The position numbers and the translations under genes are program-made. Shown here piece by piece: positions 1-10,585 of a stretch of DNA of 64,000 bases. The notes below the pieces were generated by a model. It saw nothing but the letters and a program-made list of their open reading frames with translations, was not told where the DNA came from and did not search any database. The stretch spans positions 407-64,406 of the forward strand of contig JBAUWJ010000135.1 in the NCBI GenBank assembly GCA_049583715.1, written 5' to 3'. This DNA comes from Arenicellales bacterium (GTDB lineage: Bacteria > Pseudomonadota > Gammaproteobacteria > Arenicellales > JAANXG01). Numbering within the stretch: the stretch's first letter is position 1; every line of letters starts with the position of its first letter.

Positions 1-1012
1 GTGCTTTTTCGTGTGCTCGGGCTCGGAGGCCAACGAGCTCGCCCTGCGGCTGGCGCGAACGTGTACAGGACGCGAGGACGTGGTGGTGTTGGACTGGGCC
101 TACCACGGCAACACCGGCGGCCTGATCGATATCAGCCCTTACAAGTTCAACCGAAAAGGCGGACGCGGCCGGCCCGCCCGCGTTCACATCGCCGAGCTGC
201 CCGACCCCTACCGGGGCCCGCACAAGGGCTACGGTGAAGCCACAGCCCTGGAATACGTGCGTTCAGTGGAGAGCTGCATCGACGCCTGCCTGGCACGGAC
301 CGGAGCCGGCCCGGCCGCGATGATCGCCGAGTCCCTGCCCGGCTGCGCCGGACAGATCGTCTTTCCGGACCGCTATCTCGCCCACGCATTCGAGCGCGTG
401 CGCGCTGCCGGCGGCGTGTGCATCGCCGACGAGGTCCAGACCGGCTTTGGGCGGGTCGGTGACAAGATGTGGGCTTTCGAGCTGCAGGACACCGTGCCGG
501 ACATCGTCACCCTGGGCAAGCCCATGGGCAACGGTCATCCTCTGGCGGCGGTGGTCACGACGCGGGAGATCGCCGATGCCTTCGCCAACGGCATGGAGTA
601 TTTCAACTCCTTCGGCGGCAACCCGGTGTCCTGCGCCGTGGGATCGGCAGTGCTGGACGTCATCGAGCACGAGAATCTGCGGGAAAAGGCGTGGACAACC
701 GGCGAGTATCTAATGTCGCGCCTGAAAGAGCTCGCTCAGGAGCATCCGGCGATTGGCGACGTGCGTGGTCGGGGGATGTTCATCGGGGTCGAGCTCGTGC
801 ACGACCGCGACACCCTGGAACCGGCACCCGAAGTCGCCGACAGTGTGATCAACTCGCTGCGCGAGCGCGGTGTCCTATTGTCCTCGGATGGACCTTGTGA
901 AAACGTCCTGAAATTCAAGCCGCCGCTGGTATTCGGTGCAAACGAAGCAGACGTCTTCTGTCGGAACCTGGTCAGGGCATTGGATAACGCATTATCCGGG
1001 AAAGCAACTTGA
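1..1012 (+). CDS. Class-III PLP-dependent aminotransferase (AGXT2-like / phospholyase-like), 5'-truncated by the window edge
   Basis: Frame 2 is open from nt 2 ([18 protein letters not shown]). Contains [12 protein letters not shown] and the [14 protein letters not shown]-lysine region. Stop codon at 1010-1012. Confidence 0.85.
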   Translation, partial: CFFVCSGSEANELALRLARTCTGREDVVVLDWAYHGNTGGLIDISPYKFNRKGGRGRPARVHIAELPDPYRGPHKGYGEATALEYVRSVESCIDACLARTGAGPAAMIAESLPGCAGQIVFPDRYLAHAFERVRAAGGVCIADEVQTGFGRVGDKMWAFELQDTVPDIVTLGKPMGNGHPLAAVVTTREIADAFANGMEYFNSFGGNPVSCAVGSAVLDVIEHENLREKAWTTGEYLMSRLKELAQEHPAIGDVRGRGMFIGVELVHDRDTLEPAPEVADSVINSLRERGVLLSSDGPCENVLKFKPPLVFGANEADVFCRNLVRALDNALSGKAT

Positions 1013-1088
1013 ACCGACGGCCGAGTAGCGGACATGCGCCGTGCTCGGCGCGTTGAAAAAGGCCAGGATGGCGTTTTTCAACATCCTG

Positions 1089-1499
1089 CTAGGGAGATTC
1101 ATTGGGGAGACAGGCGTAGAACATGCAACCGGAAGGCAGCGCCGGGGTCGTCTCGACCGGTACCGGGGCGTATCCTTCCTCGCAGCCCAGCAGTAGATAA
1201 CCTGCCTCGAGGCTTGTCGCAGCAACGATGGTTAGAGAGCCTCCTGGGATGTCACAAGTGCAGTTGCTGCAGTCCGCCGATGCGTTGCTGTGCTGCCCGC
1301 TTACCTTATAAGGTCCGATACCCCCCGGCCAAGGAAAGTATGTGCCTCCCCCGACCGAGTAACACCCTCGCGGTGCGTCACACCCACTCGTTTGGGCGTG
1401 GGCCGGTAGTATGACGGACTTCACGAGCGGCGGGGTCCACGCGGCGGGCACGCTGAGAGCCAGCCCTTTCAGCATTCTGCGGCGATTCGTCTCGCGCAT
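1089..1499 (-). CDS. Small secreted Cys-rich protein with a twin-arginine (Tat) signal peptide; function unknown
   Basis: 136-aa ORF. The N-terminus NRRRMLKGLALSVPAAW...PAHA/QT fits the Tat RRxFLK consensus plus an AxA cleavage site. The mature part is about 100 aa with 8 Cys. No family recognised. Confidence 0.55.
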   Translation of the reverse strand: MRETNRRRMLKGLALSVPAAWTPPLVKSVILPAHAQTSGCDAPRGCYSVGGGTYFPWPGGIGPYKVSGQHSNASADCSNCTCDIPGGSLTIVAATSLEAGYLLLGCEEGYAPVPVETTPALPSGCMFYACLPNESP

Positions 1500-1777
1500 A
1501 TAACCTCCCCTCTTATGTCTTGAATACCTGATTGCGAAATTCCCTTTACAGCGCCCTCATATACCATAAATCGCCTGCCAGTCCAACTGACGCATGAACG
1601 TTGACTTGTCCCGAAGAACCGGCCGTAAGCAAGCCTTACTGGGATATAATTTCGGACGGTTGCACAATGTGCCGGGACTTGAACCGTCACTAGTTCGCCA
1701 ACGGAGCGTGACGCCCGAGCAAGCCGGCCACTTGAATCAGATGCCTCGACTACCGTGAACGGGTTACGTTCGGCCCC

Positions 1778-2584
1778 ATGAGCGACCTTCTCGCCCAGCA
1801 CGAAGCCGCCATTCGCTTGCTGTGTTTCTTCTCCGTGTTGGCCGCGGTGATGCTGTGGCAATGGCTGCGGCCCAGGCGACGCTTCTCACAGAGCCTGCCG
1901 CGCCGCTGGCTCAACAATTTCGGAATCGTGATCGTGAACACCGTGCTGTTGCGGCTGGCGTTCCCGGCGGCGGCCGTGGGCGCCGCGGTAATTGCCGCGG
2001 ACCGGGCGTTGGGAATCTTCAACTATCTCGACTGGCCGCCCTGGCTCGAGATCCTGATCAGCGTGGTGGCACTCGATGCCTTGATCTGGGCACAGCACGT
2101 CGTATTTCATAAGGTGCCGATGCTGTGGCGAGTGCACCGCATGCACCACCTGGACCTGGACTTCGACGTCAGCACCGGTCTGCGCTTCCATCCCGTCGAG
2201 ATCCTGATCTCCATGGGCGTGAAGTGGGCCGCGGTCGTCGCGCTCGGCGCACCCGCCCTCGGGGTGCTGATTTTCGAGATCCTGCTCAACGCCTTCCCCA
2301 TGTTCAACCACGCCAATGCCGGGCTGCCGGAGCGTGTCGACCGCGCGCTGCGCTGGTTCGTCGTGACTCCGGACATGCACCGGGTGCACCACTCGGTGCT
2401 GAGGGAGGAAACCAACAGCAACTACGGATTCAACCTTTCGTGGTGGGATCGCCTGTTCGGCACCTACCGCGACCAGCCCGCGGCGGGGCACGTCGGCATG
2501 AGCATCGGCCAGAGCGATTGGCGAAAGCCCGAGGACTGTGTCGCGATCTGGGGGATGCTGCGAGTTCCCTTCCACGAGCCGTGA
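1778..2584 (+). CDS. Fatty acid hydroxylase / sterol desaturase superfamily membrane protein
   Basis: Three His boxes (HVVFHK, HRMHH, HRVHH) and N-terminal hydrophobic segments. High GC3 coding frame. Confidence 0.85.
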   Translation: MSDLLAQHEAAIRLLCFFSVLAAVMLWQWLRPRRRFSQSLPRRWLNNFGIVIVNTVLLRLAFPAAAVGAAVIAADRALGIFNYLDWPPWLEILISVVALDALIWAQHVVFHKVPMLWRVHRMHHLDLDFDVSTGLRFHPVEILISMGVKWAAVVALGAPALGVLIFEILLNAFPMFNHANAGLPERVDRALRWFVVTPDMHRVHHSVLREETNSNYGFNLSWWDRLFGTYRDQPAAGHVGMSIGQSDWRKPEDCVAIWGMLRVPFHEP

Positions 2585-2760
2585 CGCAGCCGGTTGTTGT
2601 CGTGAGGTCGGCCCCTGCCCCCGGCCGGGAAGGGCGGGTGTCCGGCGAGCATCGACCGTCGTCGCCGCGACGTGTCGTGTACACTTCGCCCTTTTCGTCC
2701 CGCGAGGTCCTGAATCAACCGGACCGACCGGCCATTTACCTGTTCTTACGTTGATACCGG

Positions 2761-3261
2761 ATGCTCACCTTTGCCAAGCTCGCCGTCCTGGGAGGAATCC
2801 TGGCCATCACGGTGACCGCACCTACCCATGAAACCAAGGTTGGCGTGGACCATGTGCTGGGACCCTGGCTGACGGGGAAGAAGGGCGCCGTCATCGATAT
2901 CTATCGTTGCGGGGACAAGGACAAAGAGCTCTGCGGGCGCATTGCCTGGTTGAGGAAGCCCTACCACAGCGACGGAAAGTTGAAGCGGGATCCCGACAAT
3001 CCGGAGGAATCGCTGCGCCACCGGTCCCTGTGCGGCATCGAGGTATTCACCGGCCTCAGGCGCACCGACGCCCACACCTGGGGGCACGGCCGGGTGTACA
3101 ACCCGGAAGACGGCCGTCGCTATCGCGCTTACGTGCGGGCCGACGACGACGGAACACTTCACATACGCGGCTACATCGGCATCCCGCTGTTCGGGCGATC
3201 CGAAACCTGGACACGTCCCGACGGCATCGACATCCACTGCCCCCCCGACCCCGGCTCCTGA
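2761..3261 (+). CDS. DUF2147 family secreted protein
   Basis: Signal peptide MLTFAKLAVLGGILAITVTA. Pattern G.W.T...I.I..CG...LCGRI.WL...D..NPD..LR.R...G......W..G.VYNPEDGR.Y.....DG.L..RGY.G...FGR..W.R is typical of DUF2147. Confidence 0.75.
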   Translation: MLTFAKLAVLGGILAITVTAPTHETKVGVDHVLGPWLTGKKGAVIDIYRCGDKDKELCGRIAWLRKPYHSDGKLKRDPDNPEESLRHRSLCGIEVFTGLRRTDAHTWGHGRVYNPEDGRRYRAYVRADDDGTLHIRGYIGIPLFGRSETWTRPDGIDIHCPPDPGS

Positions 3262-3318
3262 ACGGGCATCGGCGAAGCCCCGCCTCCGTGACCTTGGACG
3301 CTCTTTCCAGGTCCTTCC

Positions 3319-3345
3319 TGTGGGAGCGAATTCCTTCGCGATTCC
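3319..3345. repeat. Single REP-like unit: TGTGGGAGCGAATTCCTTCGCGATT (hairpin GCGAA-ttcc-TTCGC)
   Basis: Head TGTGGG followed by a palindrome built on a GAATTC-like core. Same architecture as the GTGGGTCGGAATTCATTCCGAC family found at four other loci. Confidence 0.4.
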
Positions 3346-3392
3346 TTACCCCCCGCACCGGCAGGCGCGAAGATCTCGACCCGGCCCCTAAC

Positions 3393-3529
3393 TAAGGAAG
3401 CTCTGATTAATGCTGTCATTGCGAGGAGCGACGCGACGAAGCAATCCAGAAAGCGTGGAATGGCAAGCAACCTGGATTGCTTCGCTGCGCTCGCAATGAC
3501 AGCGTAGGCAATTAATCAGAGCTTCCCTA
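3393..3529. mobile_element. MITE-like palindromic element (about 135 bp) abutting the ubiB stop codon
   Basis: Perfect 16-bp terminal inverted repeat GGAAGCTCTGATTAAT (3396-3411) / ATTAATCAGAGCTTCC (3511-3526). Inner arms GCTGTCATTGCGAG..CGAAGCAATCCAG pair with CTGGATTGCTTCG..CTCGCAATGACAGC. The hexamer CTAACT occurs on both flanks (3388-3393 and 3527-3532). Confidence 0.55.
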
Positions 3530-5167
3530 ACTCCGCGGCCAGCTCAACGCCAGCAGAATCACGCCGACGCCCCCCGCGACCCAGCTCACGAGCGGCGCAT
3601 TGCCTACCATGAGCGGCGCGTAGCCATCCAAGGCCACGACCACCAGTGCCCCCAGCACCAGCATCGAGCCGATCACGCCGAAGTAATGCCGGCGCTGGCT
3701 GCGGTTGAAATCCCGCCGCATCTGCTGCAGTGCCTCGATTTCGTACTTGCGCGTGTTGGCATCCTGGGAGGCGTGATCCAGGTAATCGTGCACCAGGCGC
3801 GGTATGTCCGGCAGGACTGCGCCGAGCTGCGGCAGCTCGCGCTTGAGACCGGCTACGAAGGCATGGTAGCCGACCTGCTCGGACATCCATCGCTCCAGGT
3901 ACGGCTTGGCGGTCTGCCACAGATCCAGCTCCGGATACAGGCGCCTGCCGAGTCCCTCGATATTCAACAGGGTTTTCTGAAGGAGAACGAGCTGGGGCTG
4001 GACGGGCATGTTGAAGCGGCGCGCCGTCTGAAAGAGCTGCATGATGAAGCGCCCGAAGGAGATCTCGCTGATGGGTTTGGCGAAGATCGGCTCGCAGACC
4101 GTCCTGATGGCCGCCTCGAACTCCTCCACCCGCGTATGGGGTGGAATCCAGCCGGCACGCAGGTGGGCCTTGGCCACCGCCCGGTAGTCGCGCCGGAAGA
4201 ACGCCAGCAGGTTCTCCGCCAGGTAGCGCTTGTCCTCCTCGCCCAACGTTCCCATGATGCCGAAATCCACGGCGCGGTACTGGCCTTCCTCGGAGACGAA
4301 GATGTTTCCCGGATGCATGTCGGCATGGAAGAAACCGTCGCGAAACGCCTGGGTGAAAAAGATCTCCACCCCGTCGTGGGCCAGCCTTCGCATGTCGATG
4401 CCCGCGGCCTTGAGCCGCTCCACGTCGCGGATCGGGATGCCGTCGATGCGTTCCATCACCATCACGTTGCGACGGGTGTGCTCCCAGTGGACCGTCGGAA
4501 CGTAGATCAGGTCGGACTCGGCGAAGTTGGCCTTGAGCTGGCTGGCGTTCGCGGCCTCGCGTCCGAGGTCCAGCTCGTCGTGGATGGTCTTGTCGTATTC
4601 CTCGACCACCTCGACCGGCCGCAGCCGCGGCCCCTGGTCCCAGTACCGGTTCGCGAGCCGTGCGAGCGTGTACAGCAGATCGAGGTCCCGGTCTATGACC
4701 CTCGAGATACCGGGCCGCAGGACCTTGACCACGACCTCGGCACCGTCGTGCAGGCGCGCCGAGTGCACCTGCGCCACCGAAGCCGAGGCGATGGGCTCGA
4801 GATCGAAACGCTCGAAGTGCTTCGACAGCGGCTCGCCGTAGGCGCGCTCGATGATGGCGCGCGCCACCTCGCCGGGAAACGGCGGCACGCGGTCCTGGAG
4901 CTTGCCGAGCTCCTCTGCGATGTCCTCGGGGAGCAGGTCCGGCCGGCTCGACAGCACCTGACCGAACTTGACGAAGATCGGTCCCAGCTCCTCCAGCGCC
5001 TCCCGGATGCGCCGGGCCCGCGGCAAACGCATGCGCCGCCGCCAGCGCCACGGCATGAGGCGCAGGGCGAAGCGGTAGGGACGGAAAAGATGTATGGTAA
5101 CGATGATGTCGTCCAGGCCATGCTTGACCATGACCTGGGCGATACGAAGCAGTCGAAACAGGCGCAT
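3527..5167 (-). CDS. ubiB: Ubiquinone biosynthesis regulatory protein kinase UbiB (ABC1/ADCK family)
   Basis: Motifs ALEELGPIFVKFGQVLSSRPDLLPEDIAEEL and HADMHPGNIF, plus two C-terminal TM segments. Start moved to ATG at 5167 (MRLFRLLRIAQV), which lies after the ubiJ stop at 5181. Confidence 0.95.
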   Translation of the reverse strand: MRLFRLLRIAQVMVKHGLDDIIVTIHLFRPYRFALRLMPWRWRRRMRLPRARRIREALEELGPIFVKFGQVLSSRPDLLPEDIAEELGKLQDRVPPFPGEVARAIIERAYGEPLSKHFERFDLEPIASASVAQVHSARLHDGAEVVVKVLRPGISRVIDRDLDLLYTLARLANRYWDQGPRLRPVEVVEEYDKTIHDELDLGREAANASQLKANFAESDLIYVPTVHWEHTRRNVMVMERIDGIPIRDVERLKAAGIDMRRLAHDGVEIFFTQAFRDGFFHADMHPGNIFVSEEGQYRAVDFGIMGTLGEEDKRYLAENLLAFFRRDYRAVAKAHLRAGWIPPHTRVEEFEAAIRTVCEPIFAKPISEISFGRFIMQLFQTARRFNMPVQPQLVLLQKTLLNIEGLGRRLYPELDLWQTAKPYLERWMSEQVGYHAFVAGLKRELPQLGAVLPDIPRLVHDYLDHASQDANTRKYEIEALQQMRRDFNRSQRRHYFGVIGSMLVLGALVVVALDGYAPLMVGNAPLVSWVAGGVGVILLALSWPRS

Positions 5168-5180
5168 GACGGCGGGGCGT

Positions 5181-5777
5181 CTACGACCGGTGCCGTAAAC
5201 GCCTGATGCGCAAGGCGAGCCGCTCCACGTCGGAGCGGACATCGTCGATGTCGTTCATCAGTCGCTTGACGCGCTCGCGGGGGGCGAGCAGGCGGACCTC
5301 TTCCTGGAGATATTCGGTGACGTCCCGCTGCGTCTGGCGGCCGCTGCTCGACACCCAGCCACGAAAGCCCTGAGCGATGCGCCCCGCCCGGTACGCAACC
5401 ACGTCGCCGACATAGCGGGAAGCCCATTCCTCCCAGTCGATGTCGACCTCCCGCAGCAGCCCGACGAAGCGCTGCGCCATCCCGACATCCCCTTCTATCT
5501 TGATGCCGCTGTCGGTGATCTCGACCTTGTCCGGCGCCATGACGTAGCGCGCAAACGCGATCGGACTCCCTTCGAGGCGCAGGTCCGCCCGCCCGTCCTC
5601 CGCCGTCGACAGCAGCACTTCGTCCTGCTCGATCGTGACGTATACGGTCTGCTGGACGCCGGTCAAGCTCACCTCGACCGTCCGACCGTGCAAGGCCTTG
5701 ATTCGCGCGCGGGTGTCCGGGTCGAACTGCAGGGCCCGGCGGATGGCGCCTTGAAATGGAGCCAGAAACAGCCTCAC
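5181..5777 (-). CDS. ubiJ: Ubiquinone biosynthesis accessory factor UbiJ (SCP2 domain)
   Basis: About 200 aa, located between ubiE and ubiB. N-terminal SCP2-like region (ALHGRTVEVSLTGVQQTVYVTIE). Its start overlaps the ubiE stop by 4 nt. Confidence 0.8.
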   Translation of the reverse strand: MRLFLAPFQGAIRRALQFDPDTRARIKALHGRTVEVSLTGVQQTVYVTIEQDEVLLSTAEDGRADLRLEGSPIAFARYVMAPDKVEITDSGIKIEGDVGMAQRFVGLLREVDIDWEEWASRYVGDVVAYRAGRIAQGFRGWVSSSGRQTQRDVTEYLQEEVRLLAPRERVKRLMNDIDDVRSDVERLALRIRRLRHRS

Positions 5778-6520
5778 AGCTTGCAGCCCATGTGCAGAGC
5801 GACAATCCCGCCGCTCAGGTTGTGATAGTAGACGCGCTCGAAACCGGCCTCCGCCATCATGGTCGCCAGCTCCTCCTGGGGCGGCTGGCGGCGTATGGAC
5901 TCAACCAGGTAGCGGTAACTGTCCTCGTCTCCCGCCACCCAGTGCCCCAGCTTGGGCAGGGCGTTGAAGGAGTATGCGTCGTACAGCCGGCGTATGACCT
6001 CGAGGGTCGGGCGTGAGAACTCCAGGATGAACACCCGTCCCCCTGGACGCAGGCACCGGTACATGGACTCCAGCGCCCGCTGCTGGTGCGTGACGTTGCG
6101 CAGGCCGAACCCGATGCTGACCACATCGAACTTGTTGCTCGCGAAGGGGAGCTCCTCCGCGTCACAGCGCACGTAATGGACGTTGCCAACCAGGCCCGCG
6201 TTGACCAGGGCTCCCCGGCCCAGAGCCAGCATGGCATCGTTGATATCCGTGACCACCAGCAGGCCCTGTCCGCGCAGGCGATGGCCGAAGCCCATGGCGA
6301 GATCCCCCGTGCCAGCCGCGACGTCCAGCACGTACTGCCCGGGCCGAACGGCCGCGCGCTGGACGGTATAGCGCTTCCACAGCCGGTGGATACCGAACGA
6401 CATCAGGTCGTTCATGAGGTCGTACTTATCCGCCACCGAACGAAACACGTCCGCGACCAGCGACGCTTTCCGTTCCTCCGGCACCTCGCGGTTGCCGAAA
6501 TGCGTCTTGCGGTCAGTCAT
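5774..6520 (-). CDS. ubiE: Demethylmenaquinone/ubiquinone C-methyltransferase UbiE
   Basis: THFGNREVPEERKASLVADVFRSVADKYDLMNDLMSFGIHRLWKR, plus the SAM-binding motif VLDVAAGTGDLA. Confidence 0.95.
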   Translation of the reverse strand: MTDRKTHFGNREVPEERKASLVADVFRSVADKYDLMNDLMSFGIHRLWKRYTVQRAAVRPGQYVLDVAAGTGDLAMGFGHRLRGQGLLVVTDINDAMLALGRGALVNAGLVGNVHYVRCDAEELPFASNKFDVVSIGFGLRNVTHQQRALESMYRCLRPGGRVFILEFSRPTLEVIRRLYDAYSFNALPKLGHWVAGDEDSYRYLVESIRRQPPQEELATMMAEAGFERVYYHNLSGGIVALHMGCKL

Positions 6521-6905
6521 CGTTCATCCATTCGTCATAGGGCTGGGGCACGCGCGAGTGGCCCGCCTCGGCGAGCTGGTTGAGGTACGAGCGCCAGTAT
6601 TCCGAGCGATGAATCGCCAGCTCGTACAGGTATTGCCAGGAATAGATCCCGGTGTCGTGGCCGTCGTCGAACCTGAGGGTCACGGCGTAGGTGCCGACCG
6701 GCTCGACGGCGGCGATGTTGACCCGCTCTTTGCCGACCTGGAGAACTTCCTGCCCGGGTCCGTGGCCCTTCACCTCGGCCGACGGTGAAAACACCCGCAG
6801 GTACTCGCAAGGCAGCCGGAAGCGGCTGCCGTCCTCGAAGGTCAACTCCAGCACGCGCGAGCGCTGCTTGAGCCGGATGTCGGTCGGTCTCGGCGAATCA
6901 GACAT
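6513..6905 (-). CDS. DUF971 domain protein (gamma-butyrobetaine hydroxylase-like N-terminal fold)
   Basis: LELTFEDGSRFRLPCEYLRVFSPSAEV...VEPVGTYAVTLRFDDGHDTGIYSWQYLYEL. Start taken at ATG 6905 (MSDSPRP). The stop overlaps the ubiE start by 8 nt. Confidence 0.8.
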   Translation of the reverse strand: MSDSPRPTDIRLKQRSRVLELTFEDGSRFRLPCEYLRVFSPSAEVKGHGPGQEVLQVGKERVNIAAVEPVGTYAVTLRFDDGHDTGIYSWQYLYELAIHRSEYWRSYLNQLAEAGHSRVPQPYDEWMNDD

Positions 6906-7040
6906 ACTGAGTGATCGATTCCTGTTGGAATTTCCCGCTTGGAAGATTCGGATACGGAGCGCGGAAGTGGGCCGCACCGGGATTCGTCTTTCTCCTTCCG
7001 CTGACGCCGCTACCGCACTGTCTTTTGATGTGCCGGGGCC

Positions 7041-8339
<1,299 letters not shown>

Positions 8340-8430
8340 TCATGCCTCAAGGTCGCTTCCACTTCGAGAGTACGATCAGGCTGATTGTCGTGGCGCGACA
8401 CCCGCCTTCGTCTGCTCGAGTTCTTCTCCT

Positions 8431-8484
8431 GTGGGTCGGAATTCATTCCGACGATTGTCGATGTCGCAATGAATTCCGACCCAC
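8431..8484. repeat. REP doublet (REPIN-like hairpin) of the GTGG-headed 22-mer family
   Basis: GTGGGTCGGAATTCATTCCGAC (8431-8452) and its inverted partner GTCGCAATGAATTCCGACCCAC (8463-8484). A further GTAG-headed hairpin lies at 8283-8313 (CTGCCGC-N7-GCGGCAG). Confidence 0.7.
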
Positions 8485-8617
8485 AGGGAGTCCCGGCCGC
8501 CCCGCAGGAGATCAGAATAAGGCTTGGGACGGCCGTGAACCAAGTCTGGACGCCGACGTCCCGAACGCCTATTGTCGCCCCTTTTGACGGTCTTCTCTCT
8601 CATGCCCGGCGCCCTCC

Positions 8618-9532
8618 ATGTCCGTTGATGCGAACCACGCCGCCGACGCGCATTCCAGCGGCCGGGCCTATCTGCTTCTGACCATGACGACCTTCTGCTG
8701 GGGCGCCAATTCGGTGTTCGGGCGCCTGGCGGTGGGGCAGATTTCTCCCATGCTTCTGGTGTCGCTGCGTTGGCTGGGCTCGGTGATCCTGCTGCTGGTC
8801 GTTTCCAGGCGCAGCCTTCGTGAAGACTGGCCGACGCTGCGGCGGCACCTGCCTTTCCTTGCGGCAATGGGCATCCTCGGGTTCACTACCTTCAACGCGC
8901 TGTTCTACGTCGCGGCCCACTACACCACCGCCGTCAACATGGGCATCATCCAGGGGTCCATGCCGGTGTTCGTGCTGATCGGTGCGTTCCTCGCCTACCG
9001 GACACCGGTGACGGGGCTGCAGATGGCGGGGGTGGCCGTGACCCTGATCGGCGTCATCACCGTGGGAATCCACGGAAGCCTGGAACGGCTCGCCGCGCTG
9101 ACCATCAACAGAGGCGACGCCCTGATGGTGATCGCGTGCACCCTGTACGCCGGCTACGCGGTGGGTCTGCCGCGGCGGCCGGCGGTCTCTTCGCTGGGGA
9201 TGTTCACGGTGATCGCCGGCGCGGCCTTCCTCGCGTCGATTCCGCTGGTGATCGGTGAGGCGGCCATGGGTCAATTCCAGTGGCCGACCGTCACGGGCTG
9301 GATCGTGCTGGTCCTGGTCACCCTGTTCCCCTCCTTTCTCGCTCAGATCTGGTTCATACAGGGCGTGGCGTTGATTGGTCCCGGGCGGGCGGGGATATTC
9401 ATCAATCTGGTGCCGGTCTTTGCGTCGATCCTCGCGGTGCTGATCCTGAGCGAGCCCTTCCGGGCGTATCACGCGCTGGCCCTCTGCTTCGTGCTCGGCG
9501 GCATCTGGCTGGCAGAGCGCACCCGGCGCTGA
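8618..9532 (+). CDS. EamA/DMT-superfamily transporter
   Basis: About 10 hydrophobic segments in a duplicated EamA-type architecture (TFCWGANSVFGRLAV ... FPSFLAQIWFIQGVALIGPGRAGIFINLVPVFASILAV). Confidence 0.85.
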   Translation: MSVDANHAADAHSSGRAYLLLTMTTFCWGANSVFGRLAVGQISPMLLVSLRWLGSVILLLVVSRRSLREDWPTLRRHLPFLAAMGILGFTTFNALFYVAAHYTTAVNMGIIQGSMPVFVLIGAFLAYRTPVTGLQMAGVAVTLIGVITVGIHGSLERLAALTINRGDALMVIACTLYAGYAVGLPRRPAVSSLGMFTVIAGAAFLASIPLVIGEAAMGQFQWPTVTGWIVLVLVTLFPSFLAQIWFIQGVALIGPGRAGIFINLVPVFASILAVLILSEPFRAYHALALCFVLGGIWLAERTRR

Positions 9533-9640
9533 AACCTCGACCGCGGAAGAGCTGCCTCGCCCCCGTGCGCGAGAGGCGATGACAATGCGCCGGCCGAAGC
9601 GGGATAATCGGCAAAGTCTTCCACCCGCCTGGACCGCAAC

Positions 9641-10564
9641 GTGCCTACCGCCTATATCACCCACCCTGCATGCGCGAAGCACCGCATGATCGAGGGACAT
9701 CCCGAAGATCCGGCCCGCATCCACGCCATAGAGAACCGGCTGATCTCGCAGCGGCTCCTCGATCTGATGGCCGTCTACGACGCGCCCGAGGCCACGCGCA
9801 GGGAGATCGAGCGGGTGCACGACCACGCTTACATTCAGTCCCTCATCGACAAATCGCCAAGGGAAGGCCTCGTGCATATCGATCCGGACACGTATATGAA
9901 TCCCGGGACACTGCCCGCGGCCATGCGTGCCGCGGGGGCCGGGGTGATGGCCGTCGACCTGGTCATGCGGGGAACCGCGCACAACGCGTTCTGTAACATC
10001 CGGCCGCCGGGCCATCACGCGGAGCGCGATCAGGCCATGGGCTTCTGCTTCATCAACAATGTCGCCGTGGCGGCCGCCCACGCCTTGACCCACGAGGGCA
10101 TCGAGCGCGTCGCGATACTCGATTTCGACGTCCACTACGGCAACGGCACCCGCGATATCTTTCTGAGCGACGAGCGGGTCATGCTGTGCTCCCTCTACGA
10201 GAGCAACCTGTATCCCTTCGTCGACGTGCCGCCGGTCGAGAACCACCACGTGAACTCCGCATTGCCCGGTCACGGCTTCGCGCGGGCGATGCGCGAAGCC
10301 GTCGTCGACGCCTGGGTGCCGGCCCTGGACCGGTTCGCTCCACAGTTCTACGTGATCTCCGCCGGCTTCGACGCCCATCGCGAGGACGAGCTCAGCCGCG
10401 GCGACATGACGGAAAGGGACTATCAGTGGATTACAAGGCAGATCATGGATCTTGCCGACCGCCACGCAGGCGGAAAGCTGGTGTCGATGCTGGAGGGCGG
10501 ATACGCGCTGGATGCTCTGGCCCGCTCGACGGTCGAGCACGTGCGCTGCCTGATGGGGGTTTGA
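9641..10564 (+). CDS. Zn-dependent histone-deacetylase-family protein (lysine deacetylase / acetylpolyamine amidohydrolase-like)
   Basis: GTG start (MPTAYITHPACAKHRMIEGHPEDPARI). Motifs RPPGHHAE and DFDVHYGNGT, with LEGGY near the C-terminus. Confidence 0.9.
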   Translation: MPTAYITHPACAKHRMIEGHPEDPARIHAIENRLISQRLLDLMAVYDAPEATRREIERVHDHAYIQSLIDKSPREGLVHIDPDTYMNPGTLPAAMRAAGAGVMAVDLVMRGTAHNAFCNIRPPGHHAERDQAMGFCFINNVAVAAAHALTHEGIERVAILDFDVHYGNGTRDIFLSDERVMLCSLYESNLYPFVDVPPVENHHVNSALPGHGFARAMREAVVDAWVPALDRFAPQFYVISAGFDAHREDELSRGDMTERDYQWITRQIMDLADRHAGGKLVSMLEGGYALDALARSTVEHVRCLMGV

Positions 10565-10585
10565 GATCCCCGGGTCCAACCGCTC

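Noticed and set aside
3516-5805. 511-aa, 506-aa and 370-aa ORFs overlapping ubiB and ubiJ in other frames
   Set aside because: They are alternative-frame or antisense ORFs of a gene with clear ABC1-kinase motifs. The translations are Arg/Ala/Gly/Pro-rich artefacts.
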